64,000 bases of DNA from Anaerohalosphaeraceae bacterium (GTDB lineage Bacteria > Planctomycetota > Phycisphaerae > Sedimentisphaerales > Anaerohalosphaeraceae), in NCBI GenBank assembly GCA_050309605.1, contig JBNRMN010000089.1, positions 40,417 to 104,416 on the forward strand. The letters run 5' to 3'. The translations under genes were made by a program, and so were the position numbers. Each line of letters starts with the position of its first letter. Position 1 is the stretch's first letter. The notes beneath the pieces were generated by a model that saw only the letters and a program-made list of their open reading frames with translations, searched no databases and was not told the DNA's origin. This document shows positions 35,943 to 45,056 of the stretch, piece after piece.

Positions 35943-38177
35943 ATGAAACGATTTCTGTTAACGATGATGATTTTTTTGAGTATGGTTTCTGCCGGTCAGG
36001 CGTGGACGCTGCTCGACGACTTCGACAGCTATGACAACACCAATACCGCAACGACTATCGCGACCGGAGGCGTTTGGACCAGCGTATTTGACGGTACTGC
36101 CAACTCCAACATCATTGATTACGAGGATGGAAAAGTGCTCCAGACCCTTGGCGGAGCGGCGTGGCGTGGAGCCAAACGCGATCTGACCGGAACCGATGCC
36201 GCTGTGCTCATCGGTGAAGTCAAGACCTATTACTGGAGGGTCCGGTGTTCCTACAGTGGCCCCGACACCACAGATTGGGTTTATGACTTCATGATGGGCC
36301 TTGCTCCCGATGTCAGCAACATCGACCAGAACGACGCATGGCAGGACTTCAGTATCATGCCGTTCATCAACAACGCGCCGACGACTCCGTATATCAATGC
36401 GGAAGCCCCGACCGAGCCATGGTGGGCCCTGATGAGTCCGGACACCTGGACCAATGTCTGGGTGGTCATTAATAACGACGCGACGAATCCGTCGTTTGAC
36501 CTGTATTATGCGACAGACGACGAAGCCCCCATACTGGTTGTCAGCAACGCGAATTGGCGGAACTTTCCCGTAGGCTCAGACCTCAATGCGATCGGTTTCA
36601 TGGCCGCTGGCGGGGCGAACACTGAGTTCTTGATTGACTTCATCTGCTACACAGATGGCGAGTCTTTGGACATTCCGAGTATTGAGTACGGCGCGCCCTC
36701 GAATCCGGTGCCTGCCAACAATGCGGAAAACTACGGCGAGCGCGTCGGCGACAATGTCACGGTGCAGTTGCAGTGGAATACCGGTATGGACCCTGAAGAC
36801 CCCGAACAGGTCTGGGATCAGATTCTGGTCCATTACCTCTATATGAGTAAAGACCAGGCCGTATCGAACGACGCCAATTTGTATCCGGTCGATACGCTCT
36901 ATCCTCCGGCCGATTTTGAGATTCCCGCCGATGGCCCAACCGCCGAGGCGACCGTTACAGGCCTGAACTTTGACGGATGGTATCTCTGGCAGGTCGTGGA
37001 AGGCGTTGATGATGGGACCGGAAACCCCTATCCGCTTGGCGACCCCAACAATATTGCGGGGCCCGTTTGGGCGTTCGGTTCGCGCGTCTCGCGCCCGGTG
37101 ATTGTCGAGCATCCGGACAGCGCCCTTGTTGATGCAGGCGAAACAGTGGAATTCTCGGTTTCCGTTGAAAGTATTTCGCCGGCCAGTTATCAATGGTTCA
37201 AGGCAGACGGTCCCGAACGCGACGAGGAAAATGATATCCCGCTGACCGATCTGAATATGGATAATGCGACCTTGATCTTAACGGATGTTCAGATCGAAGA
37301 CGAGGGATATTATTACTGCAAGGTGGCCAATCCGCACATCGAGTATTCGAATATGGCGCGGCTGGGTATCCGCCGGCTGGTGGCCCACTGGACGCTGGAT
37401 GAACAGGACTATGACCCCGTCGAAGGGCTGTATCTGGATCTGAGCGGCGAAGGCCGTCACGCCGAGCCGAACGGTGTGCCGACGTTTGTGGAAGGCCAGC
37501 TTGGCGATGCCGTGAGCATTCTGCGTCAGAGCGGCGCTGTGCCGAGCACGGAAAGCTGGGCCAGGGCCGGCACGTGGAGTCCGTCGGAGTTCTCCGGTCA
37601 ATTGACGGTCAGCTTCTGGCTGAAATGGGCCGGAACAAACGGCACGTGGCAGGGTTTCATCGCTAAACGCTCGATGGGCGACTGGGGCAATGACACGGTG
37701 ATGTGGCAGATTTCTACAGACAACAATCAGCCGCATCTGTGGCTCGAAAGTCCCCGCGGCCAAATCGCCGTCAACAACGGCTTGGTTGCCGATCAGTGGC
37801 AGTATATCGTGGCCACGTTTGACGGATCAACCGGCGCGCTTTATATTGACGGCGAACGCCGGGCCAGCGGCAATTTCCAGCTCGGCGACGCGCTGGATGC
37901 GATGCTGTGTCTGGGCGGTAACGGTTTTGAGGGGGCCGGCCGTGAATGGATGAACGGCGATCTGGATGATGTGCGGATTTACAATTACGCACTCGATGAG
38001 CTGGACATCGCTGTGAACTACACCACTGATGCGCCGGACAAGACAGCCTGCGTCCAGGGCCTCAGACCGGATTTGATGTTCGATCTGAACGAGGACTGCA
38101 TTGTGGACATCGGCGACTTTGCCATCTTTGCGGCCGATTGGCTCGAATGCGGCATTGTACCGGATTGTCTGCCGTAG
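35943..38177 (+). CDS. Secreted Ig/LamG protein with C-terminal dockerin-like motif (paralogue of preceding gene)
   Basis: AAAGGAG RBS; signal peptide; EDEGYYYC, AHWTLD, AGTWSPSEF shared with 33785-35875; DLNEDCIVDIGDFAIFAADWLEC. Confidence 0.85.
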   Translation: MKRFLLTMMIFLSMVSAGQAWTLLDDFDSYDNTNTATTIATGGVWTSVFDGTANSNIIDYEDGKVLQTLGGAAWRGAKRDLTGTDAAVLIGEVKTYYWRVRCSYSGPDTTDWVYDFMMGLAPDVSNIDQNDAWQDFSIMPFINNAPTTPYINAEAPTEPWWALMSPDTWTNVWVVINNDATNPSFDLYYATDDEAPILVVSNANWRNFPVGSDLNAIGFMAAGGANTEFLIDFICYTDGESLDIPSIEYGAPSNPVPANNAENYGERVGDNVTVQLQWNTGMDPEDPEQVWDQILVHYLYMSKDQAVSNDANLYPVDTLYPPADFEIPADGPTAEATVTGLNFDGWYLWQVVEGVDDGTGNPYPLGDPNNIAGPVWAFGSRVSRPVIVEHPDSALVDAGETVEFSVSVESISPASYQWFKADGPERDEENDIPLTDLNMDNATLILTDVQIEDEGYYYCKVANPHIEYSNMARLGIRRLVAHWTLDEQDYDPVEGLYLDLSGEGRHAEPNGVPTFVEGQLGDAVSILRQSGAVPSTESWARAGTWSPSEFSGQLTVSFWLKWAGTNGTWQGFIAKRSMGDWGNDTVMWQISTDNNQPHLWLESPRGQIAVNNGLVADQWQYIVATFDGSTGALYIDGERRASGNFQLGDALDAMLCLGGNGFEGAGREWMNGDLDDVRIYNYALDELDIAVNYTTDAPDKTACVQGLRPDLMFDLNEDCIVDIGDFAIFAADWLECGIVPDCLP

Positions 38178-38216
38178 TCGGACGCGCTGTTAAGCATTAT
38201 GAAGCAGGCACTTTCG

Positions 38217-38256
38217 CCCCGTCGGCGGCCTTACCAGATCGCCGACGGGGTATTTT
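38217..38256 (+). terminator. Intrinsic terminator after LamG pair
   Basis: CCCCGTCGGCG / CGCCGACGGGG stem followed by TATTTT. Confidence 0.75.
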
Positions 38257-38718
38257 CATGCGCTTACAGCCGGCGTTATTTGAAATTTTTCAAATCACCG
38301 CCAATCTACCCCCTGTATCCACTTCTATTTCCTATCAATTCGCCATCCTGTATCCACAAAACTTCCTATTTTTTATAAATTTTCTCTATTTTTTCTTGCA
38401 TTACTGTAGGGAAAATTATATTATAGGACTGTTACGGGAGAAAGACGATTTTACCAAAGGGGAGAAATGCATCAAGGGAGGTCATATTTGTTAGCGCATT
38501 GAGCCGAACGGTCGGCAGGCTATGTGTCTGCTGACAGCGAGCTTTGTGTTTATATCCGTCATTTTCAAAATACTAAAATTCGGATATCGGGAGTGTGAGG
38601 AGGTGTGTTGCAATATCGAAATCAGCAACATCGAGTTTGAGTGTAAAAAACAAAGATAATTAAACCATGTTAATACGAAATACATCACTGCGTATGTATT
38701 TTGAGAAAGGGTACTGCG

Positions 38719-39375
38719 ATGAAAAAGCGAATATGTTTTATGTTAATGATTTTCAGTCTCTACACCATTGCCTCTGCAGACATCACGATGACGTTTGAGG
38801 AGATTGTGGGTCATAACGGAGCGCCAATCAGCACATTTTACAGCGGAGTCAGTTTCACGGCGGGCGCTTCAAACCAAGAGTGGGTGGCGGCGGTTGGTCC
38901 CAATTACAACGTCTCTTCCTGGCCGTCAGGAACAAGCTGGAATGCGGGTAACTACTGGATTTATGGAAATGTAGGCGCATGGACGGAAGTTACGGGCGGT
39001 GATGGAAAAATTGCGTTTGACAACAAAAACGCAACTTACGTTGAACTTGGGTATTGTGCCTACTCGGCCTTCTGGCTCGAAGCTTATGATGAAAATGACA
39101 ATCTCTTGGACTCTGCCTCCGGCCCCGCGAACCTGCGATATTTAAATGATAACCCGAATGGTCCCGGGACACTTCGTGTCGATTGGAATGGCTCCGACTA
39201 CATTGCTTATGTTCGTGTCCACGACTCGGGAAATTACTGGATCATTGATAATGTCCGCACAGATGCGTCAGGGATTACAGGGGTTGACGGCGTCATTCCC
39301 GCTCCCGGAGCGATTCTGCTGGCGGGCATCGGAACAAGTTTGGTCGGCTGGCTGCGTCGAAAACGTGCGCTGTAA
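38719..39375 (+). CDS. PEP-CTERM-like sorted surface protein
   Basis: Signal peptide MKKRICFMLMIFSLYTIASA; C-term VIPAPGAILLAGIGTSLVGWLRRKRAL; lower GC than neighbours. Confidence 0.85.
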   Translation: MKKRICFMLMIFSLYTIASADITMTFEEIVGHNGAPISTFYSGVSFTAGASNQEWVAAVGPNYNVSSWPSGTSWNAGNYWIYGNVGAWTEVTGGDGKIAFDNKNATYVELGYCAYSAFWLEAYDENDNLLDSASGPANLRYLNDNPNGPGTLRVDWNGSDYIAYVRVHDSGNYWIIDNVRTDASGITGVDGVIPAPGAILLAGIGTSLVGWLRRKRAL

Positions 39376-39546
39376 GTTAAACAGAGTTGGTTATTCACGA
39401 GTACGAAGGACGGGCACTATGCCCGGCTTCTTCCCTTTCAGATTCTGGCCCCACGCCGTAGCGTACTGCGGCGTGGGGTTCGGATTCATTCCCCGTGTCG
39501 GGTTTGTTTTGAAGCATTCCACGGCGGATCGACGGACAATAACGGC

Positions 39547-39670
39547 TTACAAGCTTGTCAGGTCGGCAAAATCCAGCCAATCAACGATTCCATCCCTGTT
39601 TCGGTCCGCACTGCCGCATGAATGAAACAATGGGCAATCGGAGTTGAGCCACCACTGAACGAGAAGTCTG
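39547..39670 (-). pseudogene. Remnant 3' end of a dockerin-tailed protein gene
   Basis: LLVQWWLNSDCPLFHSCGSADRNRDGIVDWLDFADLTSL resembles the dockerin-like C-termini in this window; no upstream body. Confidence 0.55.
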
Positions 39671-39698
39671 AGTGAGCGGATTGTGCCGGCCTGCGCCG

Positions 39699-39726
39699 TT
39701 GCAATAGTTCGCGTCCGTGTTATAAT
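39699..39726 (+). promoter_or_regulatory. sigma70 promoter immediately upstream of addA
   Basis: TTGCAA-16 bp-TATAAT with extended TG; ATG only 11 nt after the -10. Confidence 0.6.
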
Positions 39727-39737
39727 CAATCTGTCTT

Positions 39738-42700
39738 ATGGCAGATAACGCGACATTCAAGCTGACGCCGGCCCAGCGGCTGGCAGTGGAGACGGTCGGG
39801 CGCGATGTGCTGGTGACCGCCTCGGCGGGAACCGGCAAGACGGCGGCGCTGAGTTGGCGGTGTGTGCAGCGGATATGCGACGCTGCGTGTCCAGTTGATG
39901 TGGATCAATTGCTGGTGCTGACGTTTACCGATGCCGCGGCTGAGGAAATGCGGGCGCGAATCGCTTCGACGCTACGTGATGCAGCCCGTCAGCGGCGGGA
40001 CAGCCGTCTGCGCCGGCAGGCGATGCTGCTGGACGGGGCCTGTATCAGCACGATCCATGCCTTCTGTAAGCGGGTATTGACGGAGTTTTTTCACGCGGCC
40101 GAGATTGACCCGGCTTTTGCAATCATCGATGAGGATGAACAGCGGCTCCTGAAGTCTGAAGTTCTGGAATCCACGCTCGAAGCGGCCTGGCAGGATGCGG
40201 CTCTGGCCGAGGCGTTGCGCATATTGTTTGCCGGACGCCGTATTCAGCCGGGGACGCGGAGTTTTGTCGATCAGATTATTCCGCTGTCGGCCTTTCTGGA
40301 CAGCGTCGCCGGACGCGAGGCGTTTTATGAACGAGCCGCCCGAATCAATGACGCCGGGGATACGGCCTATGCCGAGCTGCTTGCCGCCCAGCGCGATATC
40401 ATTGCCGATGCGCTGCTGATGATGCGTCAGCGGCTGGATTATGCGCTTGTACTGGATGGATATTACTGCGGCGGCGAATTTATCAGCGATCGAATCCGTG
40501 ACGCTTATATCCCCGTCATTGAAAAGTGCTTTGATCTGATTGAACACAATCGGCTTGTCGATTGCGCAGAGTATATCAAATCGGTGGGTTTCAAATCTTT
40601 TCCGCGCGCCCCCAAAGATCTGGACGAAGACATCAAGAAACGCATCAAGGCCCCGGCCGAAACCGTCAAAAAGGAGTTCAAAGCCCTAAGTCAATTAGCC
40701 GCACTGAACCCGACCTATGAACGTCAGTTGGCCGGTGCGGTCACTTTGCACAGCCGTGTGCTGCTTGAATTGCTCAGACGGTTCGACGCCGCCTACGCCG
40801 AAGCGAAGGCCAAGCGGAATGTACTGGATTTTGCCGACCTGGAACATCATACCCTGCGACTGCTCGAACGTCAGCCGGCTATCGCCCGGACATTACGGCA
40901 GCGCTTCGACTATGTGTTTGTGGACGAATATCAGGACATCAATACCGTTCAACAGCGGATTTTGGATGCGCTGTGCCGGGGGGATAATGTGTTTGCCGTC
41001 GGCGACATCAAGCAGAGTATCTATGCCTTTCGCCAGAGTCGGCCGGACATCTTTCTTGACCGACTAAGCAAGGCCACCGATCGGACGGATGAACCGGCAG
41101 CACCGCTGCGGGTGGATATGGCCGAGAACTTTCGCTCACGGCGCGAAGTGCTGGATTTCGTCAATACTGTTTTTGGACGCATCATGACTGATGGTACAGC
41201 GTCGATGCGCTATGACAAGCGAGCGGCACTGAAGGCTGAATTTGAGTATGCCCCGTTTACCGCCAAGGGCAGCACCGCACATCCGGTGGAATTGGTTCTG
41301 CTGGATCAGGACAGCGGCGAGCCGAAACCGGCCGAGGATAACGACGAGTCGGAAGAGGAAAACGGAAACAACCGCGATACAACCCCCGAATTGATTGACG
41401 CAACGCAGCGTCAGGCGGCCTTTATCGCCCGGCGGATTCGTCAGATGGTCGGCGCCGACGACGGCACGGCGGAGTTTCAGGTCTATGACCGCACGCTGGG
41501 TCGCTATCGGGATGTGCGCTACGGCGATATGGTGATTTTGATGCGTTCGCTGTCCTTTAAGGCCAATACGTATGTGGAGGTGCTTCGGCTGGCGCAGATT
41601 CCCGTCAATGCGCAAAATGCATGCGGCTATTTTGAAACCACCGAAATCAGCGACTGTGTGAGTCTGCTCAAGATGCTTGATAATCCCAATGGCGATGTGG
41701 AGACGGCCGCCACGCTGCGCAGTCCGTTGTTCGGCTTGTCGGATACCGAATTAACCGAGATTCGTCTTTTCGCCAAACAACAACGTGATGTCAAAATCCC
41801 GTTCTATCACGCCGTGCGGCAATACGCCGAGAACGGCCCGAATGCCTCGCTGCGGCAGCGGCTTGGCGATGCGCTCCGGCGGCTGGAGCGATGGCGGCGG
41901 CAGGCCCAGCGCGGCAGTCTGGCGACCCTGCTGGATGCGGTCTTTCGTGAAACCAACCTGGTGTCGTTTTACGCCGCCCTGCCCAACGGGTCGGTGCGGC
42001 GGGCGAATCTGCTCAAGCTGCATGATCGGGCGATTCAGTTTGAGCGATTTCGGACTTCCCGGCCGGGCATGGGACTGGCGCGGTTTGTGGAGTTTCTCGA
42101 AAAACTGCAAGAGGAAGATCGCGACTGGGCGCCGGGACAACCGGACAGCCTCGAAAACGCCGTGCGGATTATGAGCGTTCACAAAAGCAAAGGACTGGAG
42201 TTTCCGGTGGTCTTCGCGGCGGAGCTGAACACGCCGTTTAATCTCTCCGATCAGCGCGGCGAGTGCCTCATCGACGAACAGACCATCGGTCTGCAGACGA
42301 TTGTCGAGGGCGGACGATTTCGGCTCAGTTCGCCGGCCCATCAGGTGCTGGTTGAGCGAAAACGACAACTGAATCTGGCCGAAGAGATGCGGATTCTCTA
42401 TGTGATGCTCACGCGGGCACGGGAAAAACTAGTCTTGACCGCCTCGCAGAAAGATCGGATCTGTCGTTCTCAGTTGACCGAGTGTGCCCTGATGTCCAAT
42501 GGCTTGACCGACTGGAAACTGCGTGAGGCGCGATGCCATCTGGATTGGATTCTGGCGGCGCTGGCCTGTGAGGCGACGCTGCATACGCTGTACAAAACGG
42601 GATTTGAAAACCATTTTGAACAGCGAAATGAATTCGTCGCCGACCGCATTGATCAAAAACAATTGGACACGTTGACCGCCGAGCTGCTTGAGAGTAAGCG

Positions 42701-43484
42701 CTCGCTCAAAAGCGTTACCCAGCCGCCGACGCTTTCACAAGAACAGCAGGACACCTATGCGGCGGCATTCGCCCGCCTGGAGTCGTCGCTGACACGGCGG
42801 TATCCGTTCTTCGCACAGTGCGGCATCGGCGCCAAATACTCGGTCAGCACACTGACGCATCGGGACGACGAATTTTCGGCGGTGGATGTCAGCGGCGCGT
42901 TTGACGCGGCGCCTGCGGCGGTTCAGGACGGCAAGACCGGCCCTGCGGATATTCATCGGCGACTGGCCGGCTTGGCGGCGCATCTGGCCTTTGAACACGT
43001 ACCGCTTGGTGAACCAGTAACGGTGCAGACGGTGGAACAAACGCTTGCCGCGCTGGTGAAAAACGGGCTGATCGCCCCGCCGGTCGCCGGACAGGTTGAT
43101 GTCGCCGGCATTGCGGCGTTTTTTGATACCGCACCGGGCGCTGCGGCCGTCGCTGCGGGCACGACCGCCCTTCGCGAGTGGCCCTTCACGCTGGGCATTG
43201 ATGCGACCGAACTGGGCGCCGACGCGCCCGGCGAAACCGTCATCATTCAGGGCATTGTTGATTTGATTGTTCCTGCTCCTGAAGGATTGATCCTTGTCGA
43301 TTTCAAAACCGACCGCATCGCCGACGATGCCGCCCTGCAGCAGCGTATCGATCGCTATCGACAACCGCTGGCGTGGTATGCACGAGCCGCCTCAACAATT
43401 CTCAACAAGCCCGCGGCCTCCTGCTGGCTGTATTTTGCCGACTGCCGAAAGGCCGTGTCGATTGACCTGAATCCAAGCGCTTGA
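39738..43484 (+). CDS. addA: Helicase-nuclease AddA (UvrD-like SF1 helicase + PD-(D/E)XK nuclease)
   Basis: ASAGTGKT, TFTDAAAEEM, TIHAFC, VDEYQD, VGDIKQSIYAFR, SVHKSKGLEF, EEMRILYVMLTRA, QGIVD...VDFKTD. Confidence 0.92.
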   Translation: MADNATFKLTPAQRLAVETVGRDVLVTASAGTGKTAALSWRCVQRICDAACPVDVDQLLVLTFTDAAAEEMRARIASTLRDAARQRRDSRLRRQAMLLDGACISTIHAFCKRVLTEFFHAAEIDPAFAIIDEDEQRLLKSEVLESTLEAAWQDAALAEALRILFAGRRIQPGTRSFVDQIIPLSAFLDSVAGREAFYERAARINDAGDTAYAELLAAQRDIIADALLMMRQRLDYALVLDGYYCGGEFISDRIRDAYIPVIEKCFDLIEHNRLVDCAEYIKSVGFKSFPRAPKDLDEDIKKRIKAPAETVKKEFKALSQLAALNPTYERQLAGAVTLHSRVLLELLRRFDAAYAEAKAKRNVLDFADLEHHTLRLLERQPAIARTLRQRFDYVFVDEYQDINTVQQRILDALCRGDNVFAVGDIKQSIYAFRQSRPDIFLDRLSKATDRTDEPAAPLRVDMAENFRSRREVLDFVNTVFGRIMTDGTASMRYDKRAALKAEFEYAPFTAKGSTAHPVELVLLDQDSGEPKPAEDNDESEEENGNNRDTTPELIDATQRQAAFIARRIRQMVGADDGTAEFQVYDRTLGRYRDVRYGDMVILMRSLSFKANTYVEVLRLAQIPVNAQNACGYFETTEISDCVSLLKMLDNPNGDVETAATLRSPLFGLSDTELTEIRLFAKQQRDVKIPFYHAVRQYAENGPNASLRQRLGDALRRLERWRRQAQRGSLATLLDAVFRETNLVSFYAALPNGSVRRANLLKLHDRAIQFERFRTSRPGMGLARFVEFLEKLQEEDRDWAPGQPDSLENAVRIMSVHKSKGLEFPVVFAAELNTPFNLSDQRGECLIDEQTIGLQTIVEGGRFRLSSPAHQVLVERKRQLNLAEEMRILYVMLTRAREKLVLTASQKDRICRSQLTECALMSNGLTDWKLREARCHLDWILAALACEATLHTLYKTGFENHFEQRNEFVADRIDQKQLDTLTAELLESKRSLKSVTQPPTLSQEQQDTYAAAFARLESSLTRRYPFFAQCGIGAKYSVSTLTHRDDEFSAVDVSGAFDAAPAAVQDGKTGPADIHRRLAGLAAHLAFEHVPLGEPVTVQTVEQTLAALVKNGLIAPPVAGQVDVAGIAAFFDTAPGAAAVAAGTTALREWPFTLGIDATELGADAPGETVIIQGIVDLIVPAPEGLILVDFKTDRIADDAALQQRIDRYRQPLAWYARAASTILNKPAASCWLYFADCRKAVSIDLNPSA

Positions 43485-43584
43485 AAGCGTGCTGCCGCCC
43501 AAACGAAACCAGCCTCATTCAAACAAACCGGGGCAAAGACATAACGTCCCCGCCCCGGCCGCACTCAAACATCTCCCCTCGCGA

Positions 43585-43785
43585 TTAAACTGCATTTCGC
43601 CGCCGAAGCCAGCCGACCATACCCGTACCCATCACAGTCAACAGCGCCGCACCCGGCACGGGAATGACCGTATAACCCGCATTTCGAAGTATCTCGTAAT
43701 CACTTTCCTGGAGATATTTGCGCTGTCCGGTTCCAATCTCTGAATACATGACTTCATTCTGCGTCAGTGGCGTGCTCGACCACAC
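43585..43785 (-). pseudogene. Truncated PEP-CTERM-like gene remnant (or mini-protein)
   Basis: C-term TVIPVPGAALLTVMGTGMVGWLRRRNAV sorting signal with no signal peptide or large body upstream. Confidence 0.6.
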
Positions 43786-43979
43786 AGTCGAAATACGGTA
43801 CTATTTTCGTCTTTGCCGCTGAGCTTGTCAATCCGGATTATTACTGATTTTACACTGAAAAAAAGCGTTGTGAAAACAGAAGCCGAATTCCAAGGAATAT
43901 CCGCTTTCTAAATTGGGCTGTTTCGGTTACAGTATGATTCAAATTCAGCGAAAAAGAAACCTACATTCCGGAGTCCATA

Positions 43980-44297
43980 ATGCAGGTTGGCTTGTTGACC
44001 ATTACGATTCATCTTCACGCAATCGCTTCGCTCAAGGACAAACGCCGCATCGTCAAGAGTCTGGTCGAACGGCTGCGCAGCCGGTTCCATTGCGCCGCCG
44101 CGGAAATCGACGCCCAGAACAGCAAACTGATTGCGCAAATCGGCCTTGCCGTGGTGTCCAACGACGGACATCTCGTCAACCGTCAGCTTGACCTGATTGC
44201 CGACTTTGTCCGACAGGACGGGCGTTTTGTGGTCAGTCGGATGGGACGGGAAATCTTTGCCGCAAACGACGATTATCCTCTTGAATTCAGCAACTGA
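43980..44297 (+). CDS. DUF503 (YlxP) family protein
   Basis: SLKDKRRIVKSLVERLRSRF...AEID...IGLAVVSND. Confidence 0.9.
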   Translation: MQVGLLTITIHLHAIASLKDKRRIVKSLVERLRSRFHCAAAEIDAQNSKLIAQIGLAVVSNDGHLVNRQLDLIADFVRQDGRFVVSRMGREIFAANDDYPLEFSN

Positions 44298-44382
44298 ACG
44301 TGGTATAAATCAGCACTGAACGGCTGCAAACAGCCTTTTATGAAATGCTTATCGGCGGGAAAATACACAATACGGAGTCTTC

Positions 44383-45021
44383 ATGGACAAAATGCGGCTG
44401 AAATTATCCTCTGCCGTGCTGCTGGGTGTATTCGGCGTGCTGTCGGGGTGTTCTACGGTCCGTGTGACCGATCCATCGGCTACGGCCACGCAGCAATATT
44501 TGACCTCCGAAGCGGTCTCCAGGGCCATCTCTCAATTGTCGTTTGAGTCGCTGCGAGGGCGCAAGGTGTTTATCGATAATTCCTATCTTGCCGAGGCCGA
44601 GAAAGGGTTCGCTACAGCGGAGTTTCGTGCGGTCGTTCTTCAGGCGGGCGCCTATATCAAGACCGAGCGCAGCGAAGCGGAAATCATTATTGAGATGCGG
44701 AGCAACGGCATCGGAATCGACCGCTATCAAAGCATGGTCGGTTTGCCGGCGATCTATGGCCCGCCGACAGGTTCCGAGGCAGCCGGGGCCGGCGCGATCA
44801 CCCAAACGGTGGTGACGCCTGAAGTGGCCATCACGAAAAACATTCGGCAAGTCGGCTATGCCAGCATTTCATATGTCGCTTATTGGGCCGACACCGGTGA
44901 AATCGTGACCGGCAGCGGCCCTTATGTCGGCAAAACGCTGCGCGAAGACTGGTGGTTTTTGGGGTTTGGGCCGCGAACCATCGGCAATGTGCCGGTTGTG
45001 GATCGTACACTGGAACAATAA
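44383..45021 (+). CDS. Lipoprotein, DUF6655-like
   Basis: Lipobox LSGC; TDPSATATQQYLTSEAV...GIGIDR...GLP pattern. Confidence 0.65.
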   Translation: MDKMRLKLSSAVLLGVFGVLSGCSTVRVTDPSATATQQYLTSEAVSRAISQLSFESLRGRKVFIDNSYLAEAEKGFATAEFRAVVLQAGAYIKTERSEAEIIIEMRSNGIGIDRYQSMVGLPAIYGPPTGSEAAGAGAITQTVVTPEVAITKNIRQVGYASISYVAYWADTGEIVTGSGPYVGKTLREDWWFLGFGPRTIGNVPVVDRTLEQ

Positions 45022-45056
45022 CAGAATCCGTCTTTTCGACCATTCGTGGGGTATCT

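Noticed and set aside
38590..38615. sigma54 promoter for the PEP-CTERM-like gene
   Set aside because: TTGC is present but GG-N10-GC spacing is not met
39292..43670. Invertible shufflon bounded by the two inverted PEP-CTERM-like tails
   Set aside because: Nucleotide identity between the tails is only patchy and no site-specific recombinase is nearby
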